From: Nitrosopumilus sp.
GTDB taxonomy: Archaea > Thermoproteota > Nitrososphaeria > Nitrososphaerales > Nitrosopumilaceae
Length of the DNA stretch: 64,000 nt
NCBI GenBank assembly: GCA_965207445.1
Contig: CBDBLX010000002.1
Location: forward strand, 608,001 to 672,000
Direction of reading: 5' to 3'
The notes under the pieces are model-generated. The model saw only the letters and a program-made list of their open reading frames with translations. It was not told where the DNA came from and searched no databases. Positions 63,126 to 64,000 of this stretch are shown piece after piece. Position numbers and translations under genes: made by a program. Positions within the stretch are counted from its first letter, which is position 1. Each line of letters opens with the position of its first letter.

Positions 63126-64000
63126 TCATGATATTTGCTGTGCCTGATTCAGTGACAAATCCTTTCTATATTTGGCAGCTAGTATCGATACTGCAACTCC
63201 TGCCACACACAATCCAATGTACAATGTAGTATCTCCAAATACCTCTGCTACTAGACCTCCTATTGCAGGGCCTATTATCCACCCGATTCCAAATAATGCC
63301 TCATATGCTCCTATTATTGGGCCCGTGGATCTCATTTTCGTTCTGATCAATATTGCTTCTAGTGTAAGTGGCAGATACACACTAAGAACAAAACCGATCA
63401 GCACAAGCGCTATTACAAATGCTGCAAAACTCTCTGCAAACGCTGATATTGCAAAGCCGATTGCTACTCCTGCTATACCGATTGATTGGATCTTCCATGC
63501 ATGCTTTGCAATCCTACCTGATATCACAAGCGCACTGACTCTGGCAATTCCCAAGATAAAATACAGGATCAATATCCCTCCCTCACTAATACCTCTATCA
63601 TTGAGGTGGGCGGGATATATTGTTAGCATCAACCCAAAGGCAATTGTACAAAATAATAGCACTGATGTTATGCCTGGAAACTTTACAATATTAACAAGTG
63701 CTGAGAACTCTAATCTGCGTTGTTCTCCTTGTTGTATTTTTATGCGATATTTTGAAGTCATTATTGATGAGATTAGTGCTGCTGCCATTACTAGTGCAGT
63801 TATCTCAAATAACAGTACATATGTTATGCCCATTCCATCAAGTAGCCATGCGCCTACGAGTGGCCCTATCATAAACCCTGTTACAAAGCATATGACGAAC
63901 TTTGAGATGTTCTTGACGCGTTGGCCCTTTTCACTATGATCTGATATTATTGTCTCACAGGGAGGCCAAAAGAACGCATGCGCCACACCTGATACAAGTC
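63126..64000 (-). CDS. MFS transporter (5' end outside the window)
   Basis: Multiple TM segments, GWIIGPAIGG. Confidence 0.82.
   Translation of the reverse strand, partial: LVSGVAHAFFWPPCETIISDHSEKGQRVKNISKFVICFVTGFMIGPLVGAWLLDGMGITYVLLFEITALVMAAALISSIMTSKYRIKIQQGEQRRLEFSALVNIVKFPGITSVLLFCTIAFGLMLTIYPAHLNDRGISEGGILILYFILGIARVSALVISGRIAKHAWKIQSIGIAGVAIGFAISAFAESFAAFVIALVLIGFVLSVYLPLTLEAILIRTKMRSTGPIIGAYEALFGIGWIIGPAIGGLVAEVFGDTTLYIGLCVAGVAVSILAAKYRKDLSLNQAQQIS

Noticed and set aside
63172..63939. 255-aa plus-strand ORF
   Set aside because: Antisense shadow of the MFS transporter.

Overview
Chromosomal window of an ammonia-oxidising archaeon (Nitrososphaerota, most likely Nitrosopumilaceae). 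This is inferred from the acetyl/propionyl-CoA carboxylase cluster, the 11-subunit nuoABCDHIJKMLN operon, the transketolase-Rpe fusion and archaeal-type tRNA/5S genes. A host-associated (e.g. sponge) lifestyle is suggested, not proven, by a serpin, many IS/MITEs, pseudogenes and pervasive simple-repeat expansions. The accessory content I could delimit by eye is: (i) two near-identical secreted vanadium-haloperoxidase-like genes 32 kb apart, one fused to a periplasmic-binding-protein domain, both ending in ICR; (ii) a 3.3 kb integrase+serpin element in tRNA(CAT); (iii) three IS elements with visible TIRs and target duplications (IS6-like/SWIM, IS66, IS481); (iv) two small MITE families with IS66-like ends; (v) a decayed DUF499 defence islet between ~200 bp direct repeats; (vi) a tRNA-Glu with a T-loop BHB intron. 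No CRISPR array was found. All family calls come from motif recognition, not database searches.
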